Shown here in pieces: positions 10,362 to 20,369 of a stretch of DNA of 64,000 nt. The notes under the pieces were generated by a model. The model was not told the origin of the DNA and searched no databases. It was given only the letters and a program-made list of their open reading frames with translations. The translations under genes were made by a program, and so were the position numbers. Every line of letters starts with the position of its first letter. The stretch's first letter is position 1. Source of the stretch: an uncultured Chloroflexia bacterium (lineage in GTDB: Bacteria > Chloroflexota > Limnocylindria > Limnocylindrales > CSP1-4); contig CAVVJT010000010.1 in the NCBI GenBank assembly GCA_963748625.1, positions 96,001-160,000 on the forward strand. The letters run 5' to 3'.

Positions 10362-11126
10362 TCACCGGCCCAGCCGGACGCCACGAGGCGGGGCATCAAG
10401 GAGGATGCCGCTGCCCGCCTCGATCCGCATCCAGACAACCGCCGGCCCCGGCCAGACCGCCTCACCCCGCAAGGATGCGACGGCGTCGGCGGTCCGTGCC
10501 GGGTAGGCGGCCGAGAGGGTGAGCGCGTACGCGTTCGCGAGCGCTCGCAGGTCGACCGTCGAGCGCAACACAAGGAGGCGCGACGTGTGACAGATCCTTG
10601 ACCCGTGCTGGGACGCGAACCGCCAGAGCTCCGATGAAGGCAGTGACTGCTCCTTCTCGCGGTGCCAGCGGATCTGCTGCTCCAGGCGTTCGACGCGGCC
10701 CTGGATCTCGGTCGCCACCATCACGTCGCCGGACGTGTCGTCGAGGACAACGTCGATCACGCCTCGAGCCGGGTCGAAGACCACCACCTCCGGCGAGGGA
10801 ATCCATCGCCCGTCGAGCACGCGCAGCAGCCCCTCCTCCATCGGGGCCTGCGTCCGGTCATGGATGATCGGGCCCGTCGTAGGGTAGAGACGCAGGCTGA
10901 GGTCGGCGCCGAGGACCAGGCCGATGGCCGCGAGCACGTCCAGGCTGGCCTCACGGTCCCCGGACTCGATCAGGCGCTCATAGCCGGGCGACAGCCCCGC
11001 GGCGAGTGCGAGGCGACGGCGCGAAATGCCCGCGTCCTCGCGCAGTCGCCGCACCGCCCGGCCCGTCCCACGGCGGATGTCGACCGCCCTCCGTCGTGCA
11101 TCCTGTTGCAGCTTCGTCTCACCCAT
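10362..11126 (-). CDS. XRE-type HTH fused to a PD-(D/E)XK-like nuclease domain
   Basis: VRRLREDAGISRRRLALAAGLSPGYERLIESG (HTH), then PEV...RGVIDVVL...VATEIQ. Confidence 0.75.
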   Translation of the reverse strand: MGETKLQQDARRRAVDIRRGTGRAVRRLREDAGISRRRLALAAGLSPGYERLIESGDREASLDVLAAIGLVLGADLSLRLYPTTGPIIHDRTQAPMEEGLLRVLDGRWIPSPEVVVFDPARGVIDVVLDDTSGDVMVATEIQGRVERLEQQIRWHREKEQSLPSSELWRFASQHGSRICHTSRLLVLRSTVDLRALANAYALTLSAAYPARTADAVASLRGEAVWPGPAVVWMRIEAGSGILLDAPPRGVRLGR

Positions 11127-11217
11127 GGCTCCCTCCCGGCGGGTCGCGTGGCAGGACACCGGACTCCAGTGTGTGATCCGCTGCTTATGGGAGGCTTGTG
11201 CGCCGTACCCTTCCGGT

Positions 11218-11973
11218 ATGGATCGATCTCGACACTTGGTGGAACGATCTCCCGGCCGACGCAGCCGCAGGCCTCGCGGCGACCTGGATCCCGGTGGGCC
11301 TGCCCGGCTTCGCGGGCGACGCCAAACACCGCCGTACCGAAATCCTCGACGAGCGTTTCGGGCCGGACGGCTGGCGCCAGGCGCACGTGGTCCGCGGGAC
11401 GGGTCGTGGGCTTCGACGAGGCGATTGCGGAGTACGAGGAGGCCTACCGGGTGTTCCTGCGCGAGCGGCCGGAGCTCGTGCGCTTTCTCGTCGAGGCGTG
11501 CGGCAACGTGTACGACGACCGCGTCGAGAATGTCCACGACACCGCGTACGTCCAGCCGCACACGGTTCAGAACCACTACCAGGACATCAGCGTGCGGCGC
11601 GTGATCGCCGAGCTGGTGGGCGATCCCTCCTGGTCATGGGTGACCGACACGCCTGGCGGCGAGGCCGACCTGCTCGACGCGGGCACGGGAGCCATCCACC
11701 GCGTCCCGCGGGCCCGCGGCTTCCGCGGCGGGCTGCTCCTGCAGATCCGGGACCCGCGCTCGCCCGGGTACGTGCTCAATCCGGCCGTCGTGCCAGTCCA
11801 CGACCCGGCGCTGATCACCGACCATCCCCGATCGCACCGAGTGGTACCACCGGGAGGGCTGCGGGCACCTCTCGGTCGAGGCCTTCTGGCAGACCTCGAA
11901 GGTCATCGAGGTGCGCTACGACCGCTTCCTCGCGCTCGGCGACGACCGCCCGGAACCGCTCGCCGGCCTGTGA
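11218..11973 (+). CDS. Hypothetical protein with NADAR/DUF6939-like motifs; frameshifted near 11221, 11398 and 11826
   Basis: Three coding-like segments join if one base is removed at each site; ends LSVEAFWQTSKVIEVRYDRF...L* with GTGA overlap into the kinase. Confidence 0.6.
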
Positions 11974-12924
11974 CGGGCGCCGCCGCCGCACCGGACGCCG
12001 CCGCCCCGGATGCCGACGCCCCGGATGGCGACGACGCCACCCGCCGCCTGCTCCTGGGACCCGCCAGCCTCGACATCTACGTCGGGCGCGACCTGGTCCT
12101 CCCCGGCGGTGGCGCCCTGAACATGGCGTGGCACCTGGCCGGCGCCGGACGCCCCTGGCACCTCCTCACCCGCGTCGGCGACGACCGGCCAGCGGTGTTC
12201 CGCGCCTTCCTCGAGCGCCACCGGCTGCCGGTGACATCCGACCTCGTCGCGGAGGGCACGTCGGCCTCGATCGACATCGTCATCCAGCCCGATCTCCAGC
12301 CCTTCATGGACAACTTCGTCGAAGGCGTGTGGGCCGCCTACCGCTCGACAGCCGACGAGGAGCGGCGGATCGCGCAGGCCGACCGCCTGCACGTCGTCCT
12401 GGTCGAGGGCGCCGTCCGCGAGCTCGAGCGCCTCCATGCGGGCGGGCACCTGGAACGCCCCGAGGTGAGCGCCGACTTCCTCGGCTTCCGCCACTACAGC
12501 GTCGATCGATTCGCCAGCACCATGCGTGCCGTCGACATCGGCTTCGTCGGCTGGCCGGGCGACCCGAGCGACGCGACGGTCCGCGGGCTCGTCGAGGTCG
12601 CTCACGCGCTGGGCAGGCTCGTCGTCGATCACGTTCGGCTCGCAGGGTGTGCTCGTGGCCGACGCCCGCGACGGGGACACGGACACGTGGGTTCCCGTGG
12701 ACTCGGTGGAGGTCCAGGGCACCACGGTTGGCTGCGGCGACGCCTTCGTGGCGCACTTCCTCGATGCGTGGGGCCGGACGGCCGGCGACGTCCTGGCCGC
12801 AGTCGAAGCAGGCAAAGCCGCGGGAGCCGAGGCTACACGTTGGCGCCGGCCACTCCCGGACACTGCGTATGGATCTGGAGCCGCCGAGGCCCTACGGCGC
12901 GCCGACGAGGCGGCAGCCAGCTGA
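11970..12924 (+). CDS. PfkB/ribokinase family carbohydrate kinase; frameshift near 12628
   Basis: PGGGALNMA, VGDD, ITFGSQG, TVGCGDAF. Confidence 0.85.
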
Positions 12925-13559
12925 TCAGCCCTCGCCAGCGCATCGACCGCCACGCGCACGCCCAGCACCACGAGGACGGTTCCCGTCAATCCTTCGAGCA
13001 GCTGCCGGCCGCGGCCGCGCAGGATCCGGTCGCCGAAGCGGGCGAGCAGCCAGCCGTACACGATGAGCCAGACGATGTTCTCGGCCGCATGGATCCCGGC
13101 CAGGGCCACGGAGGTGACAAGCGGCGGCGCGCCCGGCGGGATGAACTGCGGCAGCAGGGTCGCGTAGAACACGCCGATCTTGGGGTTCAACAAGTTCGTG
13201 AGGAGACCGCTGCGGAAGGCCGCCCAGCGCGTCATCGGCTCGTGCTCGACTCCCTGCGCCTCGCGCGGGTCGCCCGCGAGGGCTGCCCGGAACGCCGTCA
13301 CGCCGAGGTAGACCAGGTACGCGGCGCCCGCCAGCCGCAGCACCAGGAACAGCTCCGCCGACGCCGCCATCAACGCCGCGATCCCCAGCGAGGATGCCGC
13401 ACCCCATGCGAGCAGCCCCGCGCAGGTGCCCAGCGCCGTCGGAACGACCACCGCCTGGCCGCCGCGCAGCACGTTGCGCAGCATGACGGCCATGTCCGGC
13501 CCGGGTGAGAGCGTGAGCAGCGCGGCGACGCCCGCGAACGCGAGGAAGGCCGGGTCCAC
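12925..13559 (-). CDS. LysE/RhtB family amino-acid exporter (stop position uncertain)
   Basis: LSPGPDM, GAAYLVYLG, GLLTNLLNPK. Confidence 0.88.
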
Positions 13560-13563
13560 CCGC

Positions 13564-13836
13564 CTAGCCGATCACGAAGCCCACGGCGACCGCGACGAAG
13601 CCCGCGATCACCACGAGGCCCGCCTTCTGGACCTGCCGGCGTAGGACCTCCATCGCCACGGACGCGCCGGTCTTGGAGTCAGGGCGGGAGCCGCCGCGCC
13701 ACGCCTCGTAGCGCGCGATGTTGGCGTCCTGCTCCTTGAGCGCCTGCAGCCGTCGATAGGGGCCCATCGCCCGCTGCACGCCCACCACGATCAGCACGAT
13801 GCCTGCCGCAATGAGCGCCAGGCCTGCGATACCCAC
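13564..13836 (-). CDS. Small two-TM hypothetical protein
   Basis: 90 aa, hydrophobic ends, packed between gatB and the LysE gene. Confidence 0.7.
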   Translation of the reverse strand: MGIAGLALIAAGIVLIVVGVQRAMGPYRRLQALKEQDANIARYEAWRGGSRPDSKTGASVAMEVLRRQVQKAGLVVIAGFVAVAVGFVIG

Positions 13837-13840
13837 GTCG

Positions 13841-15334
13841 TCAGCCCTCCCCGCCCAGGCGCAACCGGACGAGCGCGGTCACCTTCGCCGCGTCGGCCGC
13901 ACCACCCGTGCGTTTCATCACCTGGCCCACGAAGAACCCCCCGACGGGCTTGCCGACCCGGAAGTCCTCGACGGCCCTGGGATTTGCGGCGATCACCGCA
14001 TCGATGTGCCCCAGCAGGGCGGCATCGTCCGAGATCGGACCCGGACCTGCGCTGCCGAGCAGGTCGGCGGCGAGCGTCCCCTCCGCGAGGTGCCGCGCCA
14101 GCAGGTCCCGGCCCGTCGGCCGCGAGACCGTGCCATCCACGATGGCGGCCAGCAGGGTTGCGATGTCCGCAGGGCGCGAGGCGCCGGCCGTCCCGTCCAC
14201 GTTGTACCCGGACTCCTTGGCCAAGCGCGCCTGGGTCCCGGTGACGAAGTTCACGACCTCCTTGGCGGGCACCGGCCCGGCGCCCATGATCGCCTCGAAC
14301 GCCCGGGCCATGCCCGGATCGGCCACCAGGACGCCGGCGTCATAGGCGGACAGCCCGAGGTCCACGTACCGCGCCCGGCGCGCGCCCGGCAGCTCCGGCA
14401 GAGCCGAGCGCACGCGCGCGATCCACGCCTCGTCCACCGCCAGTGGCGGCAGGTCGGGCTCGGGGAAGTAGCGGTAGTCCTCGGACGTCTCCTTGGAGCG
14501 CATCCGGTACGTCACCTGGCGCCCGTCGTCCCAGCCGCGGGTCTCCATGTGCAGCGGAGCGCCGGCGTCGAGCGCGGTTCCCTGCCGCTCGATCTCGTAG
14601 GCGATCGCCCGCTCGACGGCCCGGAACGAGTTCATGTTCTTGACCTCGACCCGCGTTCCGAACGGCTCCGTGCCGCGCGGCCGCAGCGACACGTTCGCCT
14701 CGACGCGCATCTGGCCGCGCTCCATGTCCGCGTCCGAGGCGCCGATCGCCCGCAGCAGCAGCTGGAGCTCCTCCGCGTAGCGGCGGGCCTGCTCTGCCGT
14801 CCGGATGCAGGCCTCGGTCACGACCTCCATCAGTGGCGCGCCGGAGCGGTTGAAGTCGACCAGGGTGGTTCGCGGTGCGCCGGATCCGGTGGCCTCCCCG
14901 TGGATCAGCTTGGCCGTGTCCTCCTCGAGGTGGGCGCGGCGGATCTCGACCGTGAATGGCCCATCGGACGTCTCGACCGCCAGCCTCCCGTAGGCTGCGA
15001 GCGGGATGGCGTACTGGCTGATCTGGTAGCCCTTGGGCAGGTCCGGGTAGAAGTAGTTCTTCCGCTCCCACTGGGTGTGCGCTGGGACCTCGGCGTCGAT
15101 CGCGAGGCCTGTCGCGATCACGAACTCGACCGCCTGGCGGTTGATGACCGGCAGTGCGCCGGGCAGGCCGAGGCACACCGGGCAGCAGTGGGTGTTGGGC
15201 GCGGCGCCGTCGTATTCGGTGGAGCAGGCGCAGAACATCTTGCTGCGCGTCCGCAGTTGCGTGTGGATCTCGATCCCGATGACCGGCTCGTAGCGCTCGA
15301 GGATCGCGGCGACCTTGTCCGCCGTCGCCGTCAT
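13841..15334 (-). CDS. gatB: Asp-tRNA(Asn)/Glu-tRNA(Gln) amidotransferase subunit B
   Basis: VIGIEIH, RKNYFYPDLPKGYQISQ, HLEEDTAK, EVKNMNSF, YRYFPEPDLP. Confidence 0.97.
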   Translation of the reverse strand: MTATADKVAAILERYEPVIGIEIHTQLRTRSKMFCACSTEYDGAAPNTHCCPVCLGLPGALPVINRQAVEFVIATGLAIDAEVPAHTQWERKNYFYPDLPKGYQISQYAIPLAAYGRLAVETSDGPFTVEIRRAHLEEDTAKLIHGEATGSGAPRTTLVDFNRSGAPLMEVVTEACIRTAEQARRYAEELQLLLRAIGASDADMERGQMRVEANVSLRPRGTEPFGTRVEVKNMNSFRAVERAIAYEIERQGTALDAGAPLHMETRGWDDGRQVTYRMRSKETSEDYRYFPEPDLPPLAVDEAWIARVRSALPELPGARRARYVDLGLSAYDAGVLVADPGMARAFEAIMGAGPVPAKEVVNFVTGTQARLAKESGYNVDGTAGASRPADIATLLAAIVDGTVSRPTGRDLLARHLAEGTLAADLLGSAGPGPISDDAALLGHIDAVIAANPRAVEDFRVGKPVGGFFVGQVMKRTGGAADAAKVTALVRLRLGGEG

Positions 15335-15594
15335 CCGATCACCTCCAGGCCCACGGTCATCAGGTACATCCCATACAGCGAGATCGAGATCCAGACCACG
15401 GCCGCCAGCACGCTGCGCGCGACCGAGCGGACCCGCACCCGCTCATGCACCGGCTTGGCCGCCTCGACCATCGCGCGCGTCGGATCCCCTTCACGGACGA
15501 AGGGCACCAGCGCGGAGCGGGCCGCAGCGTAGCCGTACCACGTGCCGACCGCGATGGCGACCAGCCCGGTGCACACGAGGACGAGCGCGAGCAT
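15331..15594 (-). CDS. Small two-TM membrane protein
   Basis: MLALVLVCTGLVAIAVG..., ATGA overlap with gatB. Confidence 0.65.
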   Translation of the reverse strand: MLALVLVCTGLVAIAVGTWYGYAAARSALVPFVREGDPTRAMVEAAKPVHERVRVRSVARSVLAAVVWISISLYGMYLMTVGLEVIG

Positions 15595-15694
15595 CGCCGG
15601 TGAGTTTCGCACACGATGGCCGGCACCGGCACCGGCTGCGCGGGTCCGGGCGGGGTTCGGACACGAGGCGGCGGAGCCTCGCGCGGCCGGCGGC

Positions 15695-16095
15695 TCAGAC
15701 CTCTGCAGGCAGCAGCTGGAGCAGCGCCTGCTGGATCGCCTCGTGGAGACGGGCCCCGTCGGCTGGCCGTACAGCGGCACCACGCCGTGGGGCGGGTCGT
15801 CCTCCATGTTCGAGAGGCCGAGGCCCGGGAACGTGAGCACGATCGGGACGGTCGGATGGGCACGCCGGAGGCCGAGGATCAGGTCCTCCGATCCGTCGAG
15901 GTCGCCGCTGGCCCATGCGTCGTACACGAGGACGTCCGACTCGGCGGCGAGCCTGCACGTGCCTCCCGCGAGGATGGGGCACGAGTTGGCCGTCGGGCCG
16001 CTGCATTGCTCGACCTGGTAGCCGAGCCGCCGCAGCGACTCCACCTCCTGGTCGGCGAGATCGATGTCATGGTGGACGACGAGCGCTCTGGTCAT
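15695..16095 (-). CDS. Atypical receiver-like protein with a three-Cys insert; frameshift near 15755
   Basis: RALVVHHD...LGYQVEQCSGP...CPILAGGTC...DVLVYD...PIVL; C-terminus continues in another frame. Confidence 0.6.
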
Positions 16096-16243
16096 GGCGC
16101 GTACCTCGGGGACCCGGGCCGACGGACGCCGACTCCGCTGGATCGCAGGGTGCGCGCGGTCGGCCCGGCCGGGAAGGGCCGGGCGTCACCAATCGGCGTG
16201 GCGGATCGATCCGGCGGCGGACCCGCAGGCCCTCCAGGCCGGT

Positions 16244-17448
16244 CTAGTAGCGGTGGCGCTCCACGAACCGCCCGATGCGCTCCAGCGCTTCTTCGAGCTT
16301 CTCGTACGAGGTCGCGTAGCACATGCGGACGTGCCCTTCGCCGGACGGCCCGAAGGCGTTGCCCGGGCACGCAGGCGACGGCCTCCTCCTCGATCAGCCG
16401 CTCGACGAACTCGTCGGACGTCATGCCCGTGGAGCTGATGTCCGGGAAGGCGTAGAACGCGCCCCGCGGCTCGAACGTGGGCAGGCCCAGCGCGTTGAGG
16501 CCGTCCACAAGCAGACGCCGGCGGCGGTCGTACTCGGACCGCATCGCCTCCACGTCGGCCTCGCCGTCGGTGATCGCGACCAGCGCCGCGTCCTGGGCGA
16601 CCGACGGGGCCGACATGATCCCGTACTGGTGGACCTTGACGATGCCCTCGAGCAGATGGGCGGGAGCGCACAGCCACCCCACGCGCCAGCCGGTCATCGC
16701 GTAGGCCTTCGAGAAGCCGCCCATCAGGATCGGTGCGCTCGAACATGCCCGGCAGGGACGAGAACGCGCGGTGCCGGTAGCTGCCGTAGGCAAGGCGGTC
16801 GTAGATCTCGTCGCTGTAGACGAGCAGGTCGTGGCGCTCGGCGATGCGGGCGAGCTCGTCCTGCACGTCGTCGTCGAGGACGGCGCCGGTCGGGTTGGCG
16901 GGGTAGCCCAGGAACAGCGCCTTCGTCTTCGGCGTGATCGCGGCCTCGACAGCCGCGGGATCCAGCGCGAAGTCGTCATCGAAGCTCGTCGGCACGTGCA
17001 CGACGGTCCCGCCCGCGAACACGATCGCCGGCACGTATGCGACGTAGCTGGGCTCGTGGAGGATGACCTCGTCGCCGGGATCGCAGGTCGCGCGGAGGGC
17101 CAGGTCCACGGCCTCCGACGCGCCGACCGTGATCAGGATCTCGCTCGCCGGGTCGTAGCGGACGCCGTAGAGCCGTTGCAGGTGATCCGACAGGGCCCGC
17201 CGCAGCTCGATGGTCCCGTAGTTCGAGGTGTAGTGGGTGCGGCCCTCGCGCAGGCTCTCGACGCCGGCCTCGACGATGTGGCGGGGCGTGTCGAAGTCGG
17301 GCTCGCCGACACCGAGGCTGATGACGTTGTCCATCGTTGCCGCGATGTCGAAGAAGCGCCGGATACCGGACGGCGGGACGGCATGGACCCGCTGCGACAG
17401 GGCACGCTCGGCAAGCGGGGCGCGAGCGGAGGAGGCGTCGTTCGTCAT
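16244..17448 (-). CDS. Class I/II PLP-dependent aminotransferase; frameshifts near 16730 and 16365
   Basis: SLGVGEPDF, YPANPTG, SDEIY, GFSKAYAMTGWRVG, GAFYAFP. Confidence 0.9.
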
Positions 17449-17638
17449 GGATGAAGCGTACGCCACGGACGGCCGGACCGGACAGCGCGGTGGCCAAGGG
17501 TTGCCCGCATCCCAACGTCTGTGACGGCCCGACCGGGGTTGTGTCCCAGCTCCCGGCACCCGGTTCCCGGCACCCGGTTCGGCTGCGGCTCGGCTCCGGC
17601 TCGGCTCCCGGCCCGACTCGTCGTCGTCGCCCGGGGAT

Positions 17639-17787
17639 GCGCGGCCAGCGTGCGTACGGGCGGGTGCCCTGCGACTCCTGCGCGCCTGGCGCACGGGAAC
17701 GATGCTCCCCGGGCCCGGGAGGCGCGGAGATGCGCGCTGGGCGCGCAGGAGTGACGGGTCACGCTCCCGTAGGCTCGCCTGGCGCGC
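17639..17787. repeat. 149-bp four-box palindromic hairpin element (E1)
   Basis: Boxes at 17639, 17680, 17732, 17773; perfect ACTCCTGCGCGCC/GGCGCGCAGGAGT inverted repeat. Confidence 0.8.
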
Positions 17788-17813
17788 ACCGGCACGGGCG
17801 AGGGCCGGCGGCG

Positions 17814-17855
17814 GGGGCCAGGGGCGGGGCCAGGGGCGGGGCCAGGGGCGGGGCC
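17814..17855 (+). repeat. GGGGCCAGGGGC tandem repeat (3.5 copies)
   Basis: Read directly from the sequence. Confidence 0.9.
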
Positions 17856-18065
17856 GGTACCGGGGCAGGCACAGAAGGACGGGATGCTTCCCGCGTCGGC
17901 CGCGGCAGCCCAGAGTAGGCTGCGTGTGTGAGCAATGGCAATGGATCCGGTCCCGCGCGCCGACCGCTGCGCGCGGAGCCACCGCGAAGTCACGGTTCCG
18001 CTCGTGCCGGAAGCAGGGTTCCTGTCCGCGTTGACACTCCGGGCATCGCCGGGACGGACAGCGCG

Positions 18066-18428
18066 ATGCATGATGGCCGCGGCGGGGCGGACGGGGCGGG
18101 CTGGGACGGGCGGGGCGACACGAGCGCCTTCGACCGAGTGGTCCGCCTGCTGGTGGTCGCGACCGGGGTGGCCGCCTGGTGGGTGGCGGGCCTGCTGGTG
18201 CTGCTCGCCATGATGCTCGAGCCACGGGACGGGCTCGCGGGTGGAGCGTCGATGTTCAAGGCAGCCGATGCCATCGGGTGGGTCGTGATCGGCGCGTTCG
18301 TGCTCCGGGATGCCCGGGCACGCCGGCGGCGCACCCTCGCCCTGGGCCTCGCCGCCTGGGCGTGGGTGTTCGCACTCTCGTGGCTCGTCGGCCAGACGGC
18401 GTCGCTGTCGACGGGCGTTCCCGCGTAG
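18066..18428 (+). CDS. Hypothetical three-TM membrane protein
   Basis: Hydrophobic helices; start uncertain. Confidence 0.55.
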   Translation: MHDGRGGADGAGWDGRGDTSAFDRVVRLLVVATGVAAWWVAGLLVLLAMMLEPRDGLAGGASMFKAADAIGWVVIGAFVLRDARARRRRTLALGLAAWAWVFALSWLVGQTASLSTGVPA

Positions 18429-18458
18429 GCGCGCCACCGGGCGTGGGGGCTCCTCGCG

Positions 18459-20033
18459 TCAGCGCGACGCGGAGCGCTCCGACGGTGTGGGCGTGGACGG
18501 GTCATCCAGCGCGGCCAGGGCATGGGGCATCACGGATCGCCACGCCGCGTCGGCGGTGGCCCCCTCGTAGCCGCGCGCCAGCCGGACGAGCCCGCCCTCC
18601 GTCCAGGCGCCGCCGATCATCTGCAGGCCAACGGGCAGGCCGTCGGCGAGGCCGCACGGGATCGACATGCCGGGCAGGCCCGCCATGCTCACCGGCAGCG
18701 TGCAGGCGTCGGAGAGATACATCTGGACGGGATCGTCCACCTTGGCCCCGAGGGCCCAGGCGACCTGCGGCGAGGTCGGTGCGACGAGCGCGTCGAACCC
18801 GGCCTCCCAGAGGGCGTCGAAGTCCCGCTTGATCAGCGTCCGCGTCTTCTGCGCCTTCACGTAGAACGCGTCGTAGTAGCCGGTGGACAGCGCGTACGTG
18901 CCCAGCATGATCCGGCGCTTGACCTCGGGACCGAAGCCGCCGCCCCGGGTCGCGAGGTAGTTCGCGAGATAGTCGTCGGCGGCCCTGGAGCTGGCGCCGA
19001 ACCGCACGCCGTCGTAGCGGGCCAGGTTCGCGGAGGCCTCGGCCGGCGCGACGATGTAGTAGGTGGCCAGGCCGTAGTCCGTGTGGGGGAGGCTGACCTC
19101 CTCCACGGTCGCACCAGCAACCTCGAGGGTCGCAACCGCCTCACGGATCCGCGCCTCCGTCCCGGCGTCCATGCCGGCGACGAAGTACTCCTTCGGCAGC
19201 CCGAAGCGCTTGCCTGCGAGATACGCCGCGGCCTCGTCGTCCGAGGAGGGCAGCGCGACGAGATCGGTGGGGACGGGTACCGGCGCAGACGTGGAATCCC
19301 GCTCATCGCGGCCGGCCACCGCGTGCAGCAGCGCCGCCGCATCACGCACATCGCGACCGAACGACCCGACCTGGTCCAGCGAGGAGGCGAAGGCCACGAT
19401 CCCGTACCGGCTCACGCGCCCGTACGTGGGCTTGATGCCGACGATGCCCGTGAGCGAGGCCGGCTGGCGGACGGAGCCGCCCGTGTCGGTTCCGATCGAG
19501 ACCGGCGCCTGGAACGCGGCGACCGACGCTGCCGACCCGCCCGACGAGCCGCCCGGCACACGGTCGAGGTCCCACGGGTTGGACGTGGGGCCATACGCCG
19601 AGTGCTCCGTCGACGAGCCCATCGCAAACTCGTCCATGTTGGTCTTGCCCAGGATCACGGCGCCGGCGTCGCGCAGGCGCTCGGTGATGTGAGCGTCGTA
19701 CGGCGCGCGGTAGCCCTCCAGGATCCGGGAACCAGCGGTGCACTGGCCACCGGCGACCGACACGAGGTCCTTGAGCGCGACCGGGATGCCGAGCAGCGGG
19801 TGGAGGGCGTCCAAGGCGGCCTGCCCCTCGCGCCGGGCGACGGCGAGGCGGGCGTCGGCGGTGTCGGCCTCGGCAAGTGCGCGTTCGTCATCGATGGTGA
19901 GCCAGGCGTGGAGCCCGCGGTCTGTCCGATGGGCGCGGTCCAGGTGGGCGGCGGCCAGCACGCGCGCCGTCGTTGCACCGGCGCGCAGGCGCTCGGCCAT
20001 GCCGTGGGCCGTGAGCAGCGTGAGGTCGGTCAC
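18459..20033 (-). CDS. gatA: Amidotransferase subunit A
   Basis: Amidase signature GKTNMDEFAMGSSTE, PGGSSGGS, GTDTGGSVRQPA, EVKRRIMLGTY. Confidence 0.97.
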   Translation of the reverse strand: MTDLTLLTAHGMAERLRAGATTARVLAAAHLDRAHRTDRGLHAWLTIDDERALAEADTADARLAVARREGQAALDALHPLLGIPVALKDLVSVAGGQCTAGSRILEGYRAPYDAHITERLRDAGAVILGKTNMDEFAMGSSTEHSAYGPTSNPWDLDRVPGGSSGGSAASVAAFQAPVSIGTDTGGSVRQPASLTGIVGIKPTYGRVSRYGIVAFASSLDQVGSFGRDVRDAAALLHAVAGRDERDSTSAPVPVPTDLVALPSSDDEAAAYLAGKRFGLPKEYFVAGMDAGTEARIREAVATLEVAGATVEEVSLPHTDYGLATYYIVAPAEASANLARYDGVRFGASSRAADDYLANYLATRGGGFGPEVKRRIMLGTYALSTGYYDAFYVKAQKTRTLIKRDFDALWEAGFDALVAPTSPQVAWALGAKVDDPVQMYLSDACTLPVSMAGLPGMSIPCGLADGLPVGLQMIGGAWTEGGLVRLARGYEGATADAAWRSVMPHALAALDDPSTPTPSERSASR

Positions 20034-20042
20034 GACGATCCC

Positions 20043-20339
20043 CTACTCGCCGCCGAGGATCGCGGGCACGACAAAGAAGTCGCCGTCGCGCTCGGGCGCG
20101 TTGGCCAGGACCGCCGCAACCGGCAGCGACGGCCGCGCGACATCGTCGCGGAGGATGTTCTCGAGCTCGATCACCTGGGCCGTCGGCGGGATGGCGTCCG
20201 TGTCCAGCTCGGCGAGCTTCGCGTACTGCTCGAGGATGTGGTTGAGCTGACCCTCGAGGCGGGCGAGCTCCTCCCCGGTCAGCCCGAGGCGGGCGAGGTG
20301 GGCGACGTGCTCGACGTCGGCGCGGGTCAGTGAAGCCAT
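20043..20339 (-). CDS. gatC: Amidotransferase subunit C
   Basis: [31 protein letters not shown]. Confidence 0.95.
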   Translation of the reverse strand: MASLTRADVEHVAHLARLGLTGEELARLEGQLNHILEQYAKLAELDTDAIPPTAQVIELENILRDDVARPSLPVAAVLANAPERDGDFFVVPAILGGE

Positions 20340-20369
20340 GCCCGGATGATACGTGGGCAATGGCCAGGA

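Noticed and set aside
11916-13559. 547-aa extended LysE
   Set aside because: The extension is antisense to the PfkB gene; the stop was probably lost to an indel near 12925
15331-16095. Receiver-membrane fusion suggested by the 254-aa ORF
   Set aside because: A frameshift near 15755 joins two separate genes
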